Positions 11,414 through 21,095 of a stretch of 64,000 nt of DNA are shown piece by piece. The DNA comes from Polyangiales bacterium (GTDB lineage Bacteria; Myxococcota_A; Polyangia; Polyangiales; Houyiibacteriaceae). How positions within the stretch are numbered: the first letter of the stretch is position 1; each line of letters starts with the position of its first letter. A model generated the notes under the pieces. The model was given only the letters and a program-made list of their open reading frames with translations. It searched no databases and was not told the origin of the DNA. The stretch covers positions 2,868,338-2,932,337 of the forward strand of contig OZ245758.1 in assembly GCA_965227405.1 (NCBI GenBank). Direction: 5' to 3'. The position numbers and the translations under genes are program-made.

Positions 11414-12759
11414 TGTACGTCGTGGTGGTTGGTCTCGGCGAAGTGGGTCGGCACTTGCTTCAGGTGCTGGAGTTCGAAGGACACGATGTCGTTGCCATCG
11501 ACCGCGATCCCGCTGCGGTGAACTACGCGCGTGAGCATTTTGATGTCGCCACCTTGGAAGGGTATGGCGCCAGCGAAGAGATCCTGGACAAGGCGGGAGT
11601 TGGAAGCGCGGACCTACTCGTCGCCGCAAGTGACCACGACGAGGTGAACCTGATCGCTGCGCTGGCCGCCAAGCAACTCGGTGCCAAACGCGTGATCGCG
11701 CGCGTGCAGCGAAACGATTGGGCCAAGTGGCGAGCCGGTATTCGCTACGGACTTCTCGGGGTGGATGTCGTGATCAACCCACGCGTGTTGGTCGGACAGG
11801 AACTGGGACGCGTTGCACGTTCGCATGGTGCGGTGGACGTGATCGACCTGGCACAGGACCGCGTTGAGCTCGTGCAGATGTCGATGACGTCGCGCATGGC
11901 GAACCGACCGCTTTCCAAACTGCAGCTTCCTTCGCAAACATTGATCGCGGCGTACGTTCGCGACGGCGAGTTGGTGGTTCCTGGCGGAGCCGACGTGTTG
12001 CTTCCGGGCGATACCGTGTACCTGATCGGCCGCCCCGAAGCGATTCTCGAAGCCGAAGATCTGTTTTCGACGGAGCGCGAAGCGCGGCGGATCGTGATCG
12101 TCGGTGGTGGTGTGGTTGGACAAGCGCTTGCGCGCGAATTGCTGCCGCACGGTGTCCAGGTGACGCTCATCGAGCAGGACGAGAAGGTCGCCGAAGAGTT
12201 GGCGGTTCAATACGACGGCTTGGATGTGCGTGTCGGCGATGGAACCAACGCCGATCTGCTGCACGAAATTGAAATCGGAACCTACGACCTCTGCGCGTGC
12301 GTGACGCAAGAGGACGAGATCAACTTGATGGCCGCGTTGATGGCGAAGCGTCACGGAGTTCCGCGTACTGCCGCAGTTGTGAAGCGAGCCGACTACGGTC
12401 CGATCTACAAACAGCTGGGTATCGACATTGTGTTGAGCCCGCGTACGGTGGCGTCGGATCACATTCTTCGCTTCTGTCGCGGTGCCGCGGTGCACTCCGT
12501 TCACACACTGGAAGAAGGCGCGGCGGAAGTCATCGAACTCACTGCGCAACGTGGCTCTCCGATGGTCGGCACGCCGCTCAAGCGCGTGCGCATGCCCAAG
12601 GGCTCTCTGGTCTGCGCAGTGATTCGCCCCGATGACGTCACGGTCCCGCGCGGCGATGACGAAGTGAACGTGGGCGATCGTGTGGTCATCGTCGCCACGG
12701 CTGAAGCGAAGCCGTCGATCGAACGCATGTTCCGAGGGAGGCGCGTATTCAAGCGGTAG
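11413..12759 (+). CDS. trkA: Trk potassium uptake system NAD-binding subunit TrkA
   Basis: 448 aa with two tandem KTN/RCK units. Each has a Rossmann motif (VVVGLGEVGRHL and IVIVGGGVVGQALA) followed by a TrkA_C domain. Confidence 0.85.
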   Translation: MYVVVVGLGEVGRHLLQVLEFEGHDVVAIDRDPAAVNYAREHFDVATLEGYGASEEILDKAGVGSADLLVAASDHDEVNLIAALAAKQLGAKRVIARVQRNDWAKWRAGIRYGLLGVDVVINPRVLVGQELGRVARSHGAVDVIDLAQDRVELVQMSMTSRMANRPLSKLQLPSQTLIAAYVRDGELVVPGGADVLLPGDTVYLIGRPEAILEAEDLFSTEREARRIVIVGGGVVGQALARELLPHGVQVTLIEQDEKVAEELAVQYDGLDVRVGDGTNADLLHEIEIGTYDLCACVTQEDEINLMAALMAKRHGVPRTAAVVKRADYGPIYKQLGIDIVLSPRTVASDHILRFCRGAAVHSVHTLEEGAAEVIELTAQRGSPMVGTPLKRVRMPKGSLVCAVIRPDDVTVPRGDDEVNVGDRVVIVATAEAKPSIERMFRGRRVFKR

Positions 12760-12794
12760 CTCCCTCCCGCCGTCGTGTTCGCAGCTTTCGGGGC

Positions 12795-14258
12795 GTGGGT
12801 CGTCCCGTCGGTGCTGTGGTCATGGGACTTGGCGGTGCGATCGCGCTTTGTGGCGCGACCGGCATGATCTGGGATGCGGTCGCGCCCAACGCGGACCTGC
12901 CGAGCGGTGGTGCGATGACCACGCTTGCAGCGGCTGCAGTGACGGTCGGAATTGGTGCCGCGGTGTTTGCGTGGGGACGGCAACAGCAAACTCTGACGCG
13001 TCGTGAAGCGTTGCTTGCCGTTGCGTTGATCTGGATCGCCGCCGGTGTGTGCGGCGGATTGCCCTACTGGTTTGGTGCGAGCATGTCGCCCGCGGATTCG
13101 TTCTTCGAATCGGTGAGCGGGCTGACCACGACAGGCGCAACGGTCATCACCGATATCGAAGACCGCCTGTCACGTCCGCTCTTGCTCTGGCGTTCGATGA
13201 GTCAGTGGCTTGGCGGTATGGGTATCGTCGTCCTCTTCGTTGCGATCTATCCGAGCTTGGGCGCGGGTTCGAAACGTCTCTACCGCGGTGAAGCACCGGG
13301 CGCGCAGGTCGAAGGCTTTCGCCCACGCATGTCCGAAACGTCCGTGACGCTGTGGAAGATCTACGCGGCGTTCACGATCTTGGAAGTGATCATCCTGAGC
13401 TTGCTCGGCATGGATGTCTTCGAAGCCGTGTGCCATTCGATGACGACCATGAGCACCGGCGGATTCTCCACGCGCGATGCGAGTGTGGGTGGTTTCGGCG
13501 TGGCGTCGTACGAGTGGACCATCAGCGTGTTCATGCTGATCGCCAGTGTGAACTTTGGGCTCTACTACCGATTGCTGCGCGGTCGTTCGCTGCGCTCGGT
13601 CGTGCGCGATATCGAGCTGCGCGCGTTTGGGCTCATCGTGTTGGTCGCCACCGCGATCTTCGCCGTACTCAACTATCGACTTCATCCGGAGCCGGTCGAG
13701 TCGCTCCGCTATGCGCTCTTCATGACAGCGACCACGGTTTCGAGCACGGGCTACGGCACCGACGACTACACGCAATTTCCGGTGCCTGCGTTTGGAATCA
13801 TGTTGGCGGTGATGTTCATCGGTGGGTGTTCCGGTTCGACCGCCGGCGGCATCAAGGTCGAACGCATCGTCATCCTGCTCAAACAAACGTTCGCGCAGAT
13901 CAAACGGAGCTTTGAACCCACTGCAGTGCACGTTGTGCGACTCGGAAAATCAGTCGTGCCTGCGCCGGTATTGGCCGACGTCGCCAGCTTCTTCGTCGTG
14001 TACATGATCACGATCGGTGTCGGTGTGCTGCTGGTCGCATCGGTTGAGTCGATTCCGATCACCACCGCGTTTGGCGCGATGCTCACCTCGGTCTCGAACA
14101 TGGGTCCGGCACCCTTCCATGATGCCGCCGGGTTGTCCGACAACTTCGCGAGCTATGGCGGCGCGACCAAGATCTTCTTTGCTGCCGCGATGCTGCTCGG
14201 TCGTCTGGAGTTCTTCACCTTGCTCTCTCTTCTTTTGCCCGGGTTCTGGCGCCGATGA
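12795..14258 (+). CDS. trkH: potassium transporter TrkH
   Basis: 487 aa polytopic membrane protein with repeated selectivity-filter-like segments (TTTGATV, STGGFS, SSTGYGT, CSGSTAGGI) typical of TrkH/KtrB. Its stop overlaps the next start (ATGA). Confidence 0.8.
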   Translation: MGRPVGAVVMGLGGAIALCGATGMIWDAVAPNADLPSGGAMTTLAAAAVTVGIGAAVFAWGRQQQTLTRREALLAVALIWIAAGVCGGLPYWFGASMSPADSFFESVSGLTTTGATVITDIEDRLSRPLLLWRSMSQWLGGMGIVVLFVAIYPSLGAGSKRLYRGEAPGAQVEGFRPRMSETSVTLWKIYAAFTILEVIILSLLGMDVFEAVCHSMTTMSTGGFSTRDASVGGFGVASYEWTISVFMLIASVNFGLYYRLLRGRSLRSVVRDIELRAFGLIVLVATAIFAVLNYRLHPEPVESLRYALFMTATTVSSTGYGTDDYTQFPVPAFGIMLAVMFIGGCSGSTAGGIKVERIVILLKQTFAQIKRSFEPTAVHVVRLGKSVVPAPVLADVASFFVVYMITIGVGVLLVASVESIPITTAFGAMLTSVSNMGPAPFHDAAGLSDNFASYGGATKIFFAAAMLLGRLEFFTLLSLLLPGFWRR

Positions 14259-17200
14259 GCGAACACGAAGACGAGACGCCGGAGGAACCGGTGAGCGAAG
14301 ACGAGACGGTCGAATCGACAGAGTCGGTTCAGGAGGACACCGGCGCCGAGCACAGCGACGAAGACCACGGTGATCACGCCGAGGATGATCACGGACACGG
14401 ACATGGTCATGGTGACCACGACGACGAGCATGGTGGTCACGGGCACGGTGAAGGCGCGACGTTCCGTCAGGCCACGATTGTCACGCTACTCGTTGCCGCG
14501 CTTCTCTTGCTGCACCGATTTGGCGACGCCGGCGGCTCGGGGCAGTTCGATCCGACCGCGATGTTGGCGCTCGGGTTCGTCGTGTTGGCGAGCTTCACGA
14601 TCGGTCACCTGGTCGACGTCATCAAGTTCCCCCACATCACCGGCTACCTGCTTGCCGGCATGGTGTTCGGGCCTTCGATCGGCGGCCTGCTCGACGATCT
14701 GCTGGAGATCCATCTGTGGGAGCCCTTCAACGAAGGTGTTCTGAACGACACGATCATCAAGCAGCTCAGTCCGCTCGAAACGCTGGCCGTTGCGCTCATC
14801 GCAATCACAGCCGGCGGTGAGCTCAAACTCGAGACACTACGCTCAGGGCTGCGATCGATCTTTTCGATCCTCGTGGTGCAGCTGATCTTCGTGCTCGGCG
14901 CAACGGTCGGACTCTTCTACCTGATCAGCGGTTCGATCCCGATGCTCGCGCTGCCAGGACTCGGCGAGATCAGTAGCTCAGCCATCGTGCCCATTGGCTT
15001 GACGCTTGGTGCGATCGGTTTTGCGACCTCTCCTGCGGCCACGATCGCGGTCATCAACGAAACCGGCGCGAAGGGCCCGATGTCGCGCACGGTGCTGAGC
15101 ACCGTCGTCCTCAAAGACGTCTTCGTCGTCATCATGTTCGGCATCTTCTCGGCGTTGGCTGTCCAAGCCATGGGTGGCGCGACCGAGGGCAATCTCGCGA
15201 TGGAGCTGCTGGTCCACATCGGTGGCTCAATGCTCGCGGGTGTGGTGCTGGGTGTCGCGCTCGCGCTTTACCTGCGCTTCGTCAACGCCGAGTTGATGCT
15301 GTTTATCGCCGGTACGGTTTATCTCGGCTCGTATCTGTCGTCGCAACTGCACCTCGATCCGGTCCTTGTGTTCCTGGTCGCTGGATTCGTGGTGTCGAAC
15401 TTCTCACGCCACGGCGAAACGCTCATCCACACGGTCGAGCGTCTCTCGATGCCGGTGTACGTGGTGTTCTTCACGCTCGCGGGCGCGAAGTTGCACCTGC
15501 ATGAGGTCATCCACGCGTTCTGGTTCGCGCTCGCGTTGGTGCTTGCTCGTATCGTTGCGATCTACCTGGGTGTGCGACTCGGTGGCTGGATCGGTCGTGC
15601 CGACGACGCGACCAAGAAACACGGTTGGATGGGCTTCGTGTCGCAAGCAGGAGTCGCGATCACGCTAGCCAGTTTCGTGAAGCGAGACTTTGGTGCACAG
15701 GGTGAAGCGCTTTCGAACTTGTTGATCGCTGGTGTTGCACTCAACGAGATCTTGGGTCCGGTTCTGCTCAAGATCGGATTGAGTCAAGCGGGCGAAACGC
15801 GAGCTGCAAAACAACAAGCCGCCGAACTCGCCGAAGCCGAAGAGGGCGAAACCAAGATCGAGATCGAAGCGTGGCCCGAGCCGGTCGACGATGTCGCGTG
15901 GGGTCCCCATCTCGCTGGCGCACTCGGTCGGCAGATTCGCGAACTCGAACACGACCTCAAAGCGAGCGTTCGTGACGTGGCCATGGGTCCGATGGAGACC
16001 TTCCGCGAAGACGTCGAACAGTTCTTCAAGGAAGTGCGCCGTGACTTCTTGCGCATGCATCGTCGCTTGTTGGTGGCCGCGCGTACGTTGCCCGAAGACA
16101 GCGAAGAACAGATCGCAGCGCGTGCAGAGATCGCCCGTCGTTTGCGCGGCGAGCAAAAGGAGTTGGCAGAGCGCTGGCGCTCCGTCGTCCTCGCGCGTGT
16201 GGCCCAACTGGGCAAAGAACCGCCCTGGACTCCTGAGTCGATCGTCGAGGCGCTGGATGGCGCAGTGGATCGGGTCGCGACCACCGTGGAGGTACCCTGG
16301 TCGGAACGCAGTTTCACAGCTCGCGAAGACGATGGTCGTCTTCAAGCTGCACAACGTCGTTGGCTTCGGATGCGCCGAGGGACGCGCCGGCTCTTTGGCC
16401 GCGACATGCCACCGCGTGTGTTGGCGCTTCGGGATCTCGCACGCTTTCACCTCAACTTTGAAACCCCGCCTCGTCTGGAAGGAGTGGCTGCGCTCTTTGT
16501 GGCTGCCGAACAACAAGTTGCGGGTCGAACGCGGCTGATCTTCGACACGATCGTGCGTTCGTACGACGACTTGGCTGACGCGATCGCCGACGACGACCAG
16601 CTGGACCTGGTCGACGCGTTGACCATGGTGCGCGCCGACATCGAGGTTGAGCTCGACTTGGCCACCCAAGAGGTTGGGCACATCGCACACGATGGTTCGT
16701 TGCGTACCGCACGCATTCTTTCGCGCGGACTGCGTGACGTGAAGGACGAGTCGGCGATCTACGGCACCTTCGACCTCCCGGAACGAGCACGTCGGAGCAG
16801 TCGCGGTCTTCGTGAACGCGTGCAAGCGCTGGACTTGTTGACGCACACGCTGACTCGCTTGCGACGTTCGTCCGGTGGCGAGCTTGCGCTGCTTGCGATG
16901 GAGCTCGAACTCGTGGGACTCGAAGCACAGGTCAAGGAGGCACGCGCGGAGCACGTGACGCGTCTCGAAGCGGAGGTGCAGCGGCGTGCAGTGCACCAGC
17001 TCGAACGCGTGGCCGATCAAGTTCGCTCGGCGTCCGACGAGATGTTGGAGGCGTTGGAGAAGGCCGAAGACCGAGACGAACTTGCGGCGGGGCTTCACGA
17101 AATCTCGCAAGCGACGGAGAAAGTTGCCGGCGAAGCGGCACGCATCGTGCGCGAGATGCGCGACGAGCTGCTGGACGATCAGAAGTTTGCACAGCTGCTG

Positions 17201-18919
17201 GAGACCCTCGAGGAAGCCGCGCTTGGCCTGACTCCACACTACGACGTGAGTGCGGGTCGCCTGCAGCGTGGTGAGTTTAAGTTGCCGCCGGTCGTGGAGC
17301 GGGTCGACGTTCCTTTCCGCGAGATGGTGGTCGCGCGCATCGAGACGCGCATCGCACCGAGCCTGTTCAAGTCCGCACGCGACACCGCCGACAAACTTCA
17401 ACCGCTAGCTGCGTCACTGACCGAAACTGAGCACCTGATCGCGTTCAACGACGACTTGGTTCGCACCGAACTCGACAGCTTGATGGACTCGCGCATTCCC
17501 AGCGAAACGCGTGACCTGCTCCGCGAGCTTCTGAGCACGCAGCTCGAACGAAGCCAGGGATTGCTTAGCGACTACCTCGACCAGGCGAGTTCGTGGCCGC
17601 GCCAGTTGGGGCAGTCGATCGTCGACGCGATGGAGGGAGGCGTCAACGAGCTGCGGGTGGAGTTGGTCGAAGGCCAGATCACGCGCGCCAAAGTTGAAGA
17701 GATCCGTCGCGAAGCCAACCGTCGTCGACTGGCACAGCGCGCGGGTCAGCTGCCCTCGTTGCTTCGACAAGCACGACGTGAACTTGGCGACGCGATCACG
17801 TCGTTGGTTGGTGCCTCGCGCTTGGAGCTCTGGCGTAGCGCACTCGGTCTACCGGTTCCCAAGAGCGCGTTGATCCTCGAGCCGGGCGCTTTTGAAGCGG
17901 CGAGCTCAGAGGCTGAGAATCTACCCCTGGTCTATCGGCGGTTGTTTGCGGGCGACGCGATGGATGCGGGTGATGTGCTCACCGGACGCGAAGCGAGCAT
18001 TGCGCGCGTGAAGAAGGCACTCGAAGAGCGTGATGCGCGGCGCGGTGTTGCGGTGATCGGCATTGAAGGCGTGGGACGTGGCTCGGTGGCTTCGGCAGCG
18101 GTGCGTGCCGGACGTTGGCGCCGCGTTCGCAACATCACCTTTACGGGACCGGCGACGGTCGAGGATGTCGTCGAGCAACTGGGTACGATCACCGACGCGC
18201 AGCTTGTCGTCGTGGACGGGCTGCACTGGTTGTTGAGCGCACGGCCCGAGGGGTTGGCTCCGCTACGACGCTTTGTGGACGAAGTCGTCGCCGATCGGGG
18301 CAAGCGTGCGTGGTTGGTGGTCGCCGAGTCGTTGTTTTGGGAGTACGCGTCGAGCGTTGCGCCCTTGAGCGAGGCGTTTCCGACGGTGGAGCAGCTCGCA
18401 CCGCTGGGTTTGGAAGAACTGCGTGCGGCCGTGATGGCGCGACATCGGCTCAGTGGATACGGGCATTCGTTCCAACGGATCGGAACCGAGAGCCGAATTG
18501 AAGGCCTGGTGGCGCGAAGCGCGAGTCGTATCCGTCGTCCCTTCGACCAGTACTTCCACGACCTGCATCTTGCGAGCGGTGGTGTGCTTCGCGACGCGTT
18601 GCGCTTGTGGCTGGCATCGATTCAAGGCGTGCAGGATGACGAGATCGTGCACGTGGGTCGTGTACCCGAGTCTGGTTTTGCGTCGGTGAGTCGTCTGCCG
18701 GAGCAGGAGTTGTTGTGGCTCTTTCAGATTGCCCGCCAGGGTTGGATGGACGCCGTCACGTTTGCGAGCGTGTTCCGGATTGAAGTGGGTGAAGCCAGTG
18801 CGCGTTTGGCGAAACTTGCGCACTTGGGGTTGCTGGAAGAAGCCGAAGGTCGGCACCGAATCACGCCGCACCTACGCGGAACCGCGGTGCGTGTGATGCA
18901 ACAGCGAGGCTGGGTATGA
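14255..18919 (+). CDS. giant fusion protein: His-rich acidic N-terminus, CPA2-type cation:proton antiporter domain, about 1000-aa coiled-coil region, degenerate AAA_16/STAND-like C-terminal module
   Basis: 1554 aa. Residues 1-70 are acidic with an HGHGHGHGDHDDEHGGHGHG run. Residues about 75-510 are a membrane domain with the CPA2/KefB-like GYLLAGMVFGPS motif. The remainder is Arg/Glu-rich helical sequence ending in RGVAVIGIEGVGRGS (Walker A with K to R) and LVVVDGLHWLL (the DDLHW-like motif of AAA_16). ATGA-coupled to trkH upstream and the MscS gene downstream. Confidence 0.6.
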   Translation: MSEHEDETPEEPVSEDETVESTESVQEDTGAEHSDEDHGDHAEDDHGHGHGHGDHDDEHGGHGHGEGATFRQATIVTLLVAALLLLHRFGDAGGSGQFDPTAMLALGFVVLASFTIGHLVDVIKFPHITGYLLAGMVFGPSIGGLLDDLLEIHLWEPFNEGVLNDTIIKQLSPLETLAVALIAITAGGELKLETLRSGLRSIFSILVVQLIFVLGATVGLFYLISGSIPMLALPGLGEISSSAIVPIGLTLGAIGFATSPAATIAVINETGAKGPMSRTVLSTVVLKDVFVVIMFGIFSALAVQAMGGATEGNLAMELLVHIGGSMLAGVVLGVALALYLRFVNAELMLFIAGTVYLGSYLSSQLHLDPVLVFLVAGFVVSNFSRHGETLIHTVERLSMPVYVVFFTLAGAKLHLHEVIHAFWFALALVLARIVAIYLGVRLGGWIGRADDATKKHGWMGFVSQAGVAITLASFVKRDFGAQGEALSNLLIAGVALNEILGPVLLKIGLSQAGETRAAKQQAAELAEAEEGETKIEIEAWPEPVDDVAWGPHLAGALGRQIRELEHDLKASVRDVAMGPMETFREDVEQFFKEVRRDFLRMHRRLLVAARTLPEDSEEQIAARAEIARRLRGEQKELAERWRSVVLARVAQLGKEPPWTPESIVEALDGAVDRVATTVEVPWSERSFTAREDDGRLQAAQRRWLRMRRGTRRLFGRDMPPRVLALRDLARFHLNFETPPRLEGVAALFVAAEQQVAGRTRLIFDTIVRSYDDLADAIADDDQLDLVDALTMVRADIEVELDLATQEVGHIAHDGSLRTARILSRGLRDVKDESAIYGTFDLPERARRSSRGLRERVQALDLLTHTLTRLRRSSGGELALLAMELELVGLEAQVKEARAEHVTRLEAEVQRRAVHQLERVADQVRSASDEMLEALEKAEDRDELAAGLHEISQATEKVAGEAARIVREMRDELLDDQKFAQLLETLEEAALGLTPHYDVSAGRLQRGEFKLPPVVERVDVPFREMVVARIETRIAPSLFKSARDTADKLQPLAASLTETEHLIAFNDDLVRTELDSLMDSRIPSETRDLLRELLSTQLERSQGLLSDYLDQASSWPRQLGQSIVDAMEGGVNELRVELVEGQITRAKVEEIRREANRRRLAQRAGQLPSLLRQARRELGDAITSLVGASRLELWRSALGLPVPKSALILEPGAFEAASSEAENLPLVYRRLFAGDAMDAGDVLTGREASIARVKKALEERDARRGVAVIGIEGVGRGSVASAAVRAGRWRRVRNITFTGPATVEDVVEQLGTITDAQLVVVDGLHWLLSARPEGLAPLRRFVDEVVADRGKRAWLVVAESLFWEYASSVAPLSEAFPTVEQLAPLGLEELRAAVMARHRLSGYGHSFQRIGTESRIEGLVARSASRIRRPFDQYFHDLHLASGGVLRDALRLWLASIQGVQDDEIVHVGRVPESGFASVSRLPEQELLWLFQIARQGWMDAVTFASVFRIEVGEASARLAKLAHLGLLEEAEGRHRITPHLRGTAVRVMQQRGWV

Positions 18920-20064
18920 GGTACGCGTTCCTGCTTGCGTTGATCGGTGCATCGACAGCGCACGCGCAAATCGGCTCACGCGGTGCGGTCGAAGTTGTTC
19001 GTGAGGGCGACAACGTACCCACACCGCCCCCTGAAGCGGAGCCCGCAGACGCGGTGGTTGCCATCGAAGATGTTCCTGAGGAGGAACCTGCGGTTGAGCC
19101 CGAGCCGGCGCCAGTTGCGCCCGAACGCGTTGAGGCACCAGTGCAGCGCACACAGCAGGCTGCGGAGATTCCTCCCGGAGATGCGGAGCCTCAGCCCCGT
19201 GAGCCTCGTGAGCCTCGTGAGCCCCGGGAGCCCACGACCATCGTCGAGCGCGTGGAGCAGCCTGCACCAGAACCCACAACGGTTGTGGTGGCTCGCGAAA
19301 GCGATCCGCTCGTCAACGAGCTTCAAGAGTTCGTGAGCATCTTTGGGCGTGATGGGAGTGGAAACCTCTGGGGCATCCTGCTCTGGTTCATTCTCGCTGC
19401 GGTCGCAGCCACTGGCATCCGCCGCGTTCGTGAGAGCTTTCCGTCGGATGGACTCATCCCCAACGCGCTCGCGCTCTTGCATGTAGGCATGCGATTGGTG
19501 GTGATCGCGCTCGCTCTCGCGTTCATCGTGCGTGCGCTTCCACCGCGTCTTTCGTTGGTGATGTTGCTGGCGTTCGCAGGTCTTGCTGTAGCGATCGGTT
19601 GGTCGCTTCGCGACGTGATGCCGGACCTAGTGGCGTCGTTGGTGATCGCGTTCGAGCGTCGCATTCGGCGTGGCGTGTGGGTGTCGGGTGAAGGGTTTGC
19701 AGGGCACGTTGAACGGCTGGGACTACGCGCCGCGCTTCTCTACGACACGCACGGCAACCGCGTGATGGTTCCCAACCGCGAGATCGTTCGTGCACCGGTT
19801 ACAGCAGGTGTGGGTGACCACGCTCGTGAGTTGGAGGTCGAAGTGCGCATTGCTGGACCGGCGGAAGAAGTACGCGCTGCGTTGCGCGATGCGGTGTTGA
19901 CCTCGCCTTGGGTTCATCCCGACGCAAAGCCGGTGGTGCTACGCGATCCTGCCGATCCTGAGCGCTGGCGCGTACGAGGACGCCTCTTGGAAGCGTCGTT
20001 TGGGGCGCGTTTTGAAGGAGAGCTTTTGGAGCGTGCCGAAGCCCTGCTAGGAAGAAGCGCGTGA
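18916..20064 (+). CDS. mechanosensitive ion channel, MscS family
   Basis: 382 aa with a signal peptide, then a Pro/Glu-rich low-complexity region including (PRE)n. It has three TM helices and the MscS beta-domain (GWSLRDVMPDLVASLVIAFERRIRRGVWVSGEGFAGHVERLGLRAALLYDTHGNRVMVPNREI). Confidence 0.75.
   Translation: MRYAFLLALIGASTAHAQIGSRGAVEVVREGDNVPTPPPEAEPADAVVAIEDVPEEEPAVEPEPAPVAPERVEAPVQRTQQAAEIPPGDAEPQPREPREPREPREPTTIVERVEQPAPEPTTVVVARESDPLVNELQEFVSIFGRDGSGNLWGILLWFILAAVAATGIRRVRESFPSDGLIPNALALLHVGMRLVVIALALAFIVRALPPRLSLVMLLAFAGLAVAIGWSLRDVMPDLVASLVIAFERRIRRGVWVSGEGFAGHVERLGLRAALLYDTHGNRVMVPNREIVRAPVTAGVGDHARELEVEVRIAGPAEEVRAALRDAVLTSPWVHPDAKPVVLRDPADPERWRVRGRLLEASFGARFEGELLERAEALLGRSA
19194..19232 (+). 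repeat. in-frame 9-bp tandem repeat (cgtgagcct x about 4) encoding PREPREPREPREP
   Basis: Visible as gagcctcgtgagcctcgtgagccccgggagccc in the sequence. Lies inside the MscS gene's N-terminal region. Coordinates approximate. Confidence 0.7.
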
Positions 20065-21095
20065 CGCTGCTGGCGCAGAACTTTCCGGCGCTCTCGATGG
20101 TGCCGCACGTGCCCCTCGCGCAGACCACGGCGGTGGAGCAAGTTGAAGAGCTGTCCACGAATGCCGAAGTGTGGGTTAAGCGCGATGACCAAACCTCGTC
20201 GGTGTACGGCGGCAACAAGGTGCGCAAGCTGGAGTTCCTTCTAGGCGACGCGCGTCAGCGTGACTCCAAGACGCTCGTGACCGCAGGGGCGTGGGGTTCG
20301 CATCACGTGTTAGCGACGACGCTCTTCGGCACCAAGTGGGGCTTCAACGTGCACGCGGTGATGGTTCCGCAGCCGCTGACTCCCCATGCCGAGAACAACC
20401 TGCGCTGCGTCGTGGGTGCGGGTGCGAAACTTCATCCCGTTCGAAGTTGGATCGCGACTGCACCCACCGTGGCTGGTTTGGTCGCATCGCTCAATCGTTC
20501 CGAAGGTGGTGCGTACCGGGTTGCGTACGGCGGCTCGTCCGTGGTGGGTGCACTCGGTTTTGTTGAAGCGGGCTTGGAACTCGCTGCGCAGATTGCCAAA
20601 GGCGAGTGTCCGGAACCGGATGCGATCTACGTTCCTCTGGGAAGCGGAGGGACAGCTGCTGGGCTCGCTGTAGGGCTCGCCGCAGCCGGCCTGACGACCG
20701 AAGTCGTTGCGGTGCGTGTGACGCCTTTGGTGGTGTGCAATCGCGCGACGGTGAGTGCGCTGGTGGTCGGCATTCTTCGGCATCTCCGATCGCTGGAGAT
20801 TTCGTTTCCGGCGGTGCGACGCGCGGCACTCTCCCAACTTCGTATCGATGGCAGCTTCTTTGGTGCCGGTTACGGAGAACGCGATCCTGCGGCAGAACGT
20901 GCCGCCGAGTGGGCCGAACGCTCTGGCCTTCACGTCGACCCGACCTACACCTCAAAGTCGCTTGCTGCGCTGATGCGCGATGCCGAAAGTTCGCGACAGG
21001 GTCAGAAGCTGCTGTTCTGGCTCACGCTCAGTGGAGCCGACCTGTCGGACCGACTTGCAGACGCGCCACCGCTTCCTGCATTTGCGAGACGATGA
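20061..21095 (+). CDS. PLP-dependent enzyme, 1-aminocyclopropane-1-carboxylate deaminase / D-cysteine desulfhydrase family
   Basis: 344 aa with the family hallmark KRDDQTSSVYGGNKVRKLEFLL (PLP lysine region) and a glycine-rich GSGGTAAG loop. GTG start overlapping the MscS stop (GTGA). Confidence 0.7.
   Translation: MTLLAQNFPALSMVPHVPLAQTTAVEQVEELSTNAEVWVKRDDQTSSVYGGNKVRKLEFLLGDARQRDSKTLVTAGAWGSHHVLATTLFGTKWGFNVHAVMVPQPLTPHAENNLRCVVGAGAKLHPVRSWIATAPTVAGLVASLNRSEGGAYRVAYGGSSVVGALGFVEAGLELAAQIAKGECPEPDAIYVPLGSGGTAAGLAVGLAAAGLTTEVVAVRVTPLVVCNRATVSALVVGILRHLRSLEISFPAVRRAALSQLRIDGSFFGAGYGERDPAAERAAEWAERSGLHVDPTYTSKSLAALMRDAESSRQGQKLLFWLTLSGADLSDRLADAPPLPAFARR

Noticed and set aside
15665-17401. 578-aa antisense ORF, plus many other long ORFs on the opposite strand or in alternate frames of confident genes (for example 574..1344, 9098..10066, 11614..12549, 13170..13931, 26244..27269, 34024..35013, 37634..39280, 39813..40847, 42929..44134, 49541..50860, 55142..55879, 56970..57920, 60515..61498)
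   Set aside because: In about 67% GC DNA, stop codons are rare in non-coding frames. These ORFs overlap genes with clear domain signatures, are Arg/Ala/Pro-rich with low-complexity composition, and lack any motifs.
20606-21091. 5' extension of the ATP-grasp ORF (track start 20606), overlapping the PLP enzyme gene in another frame
   Set aside because: The extension is Arg/Cys-rich with no domain. The ATGA-coupled start at 21092 gives a sensible N-terminus (MSTEHYRAEL) and fits the operon pattern.
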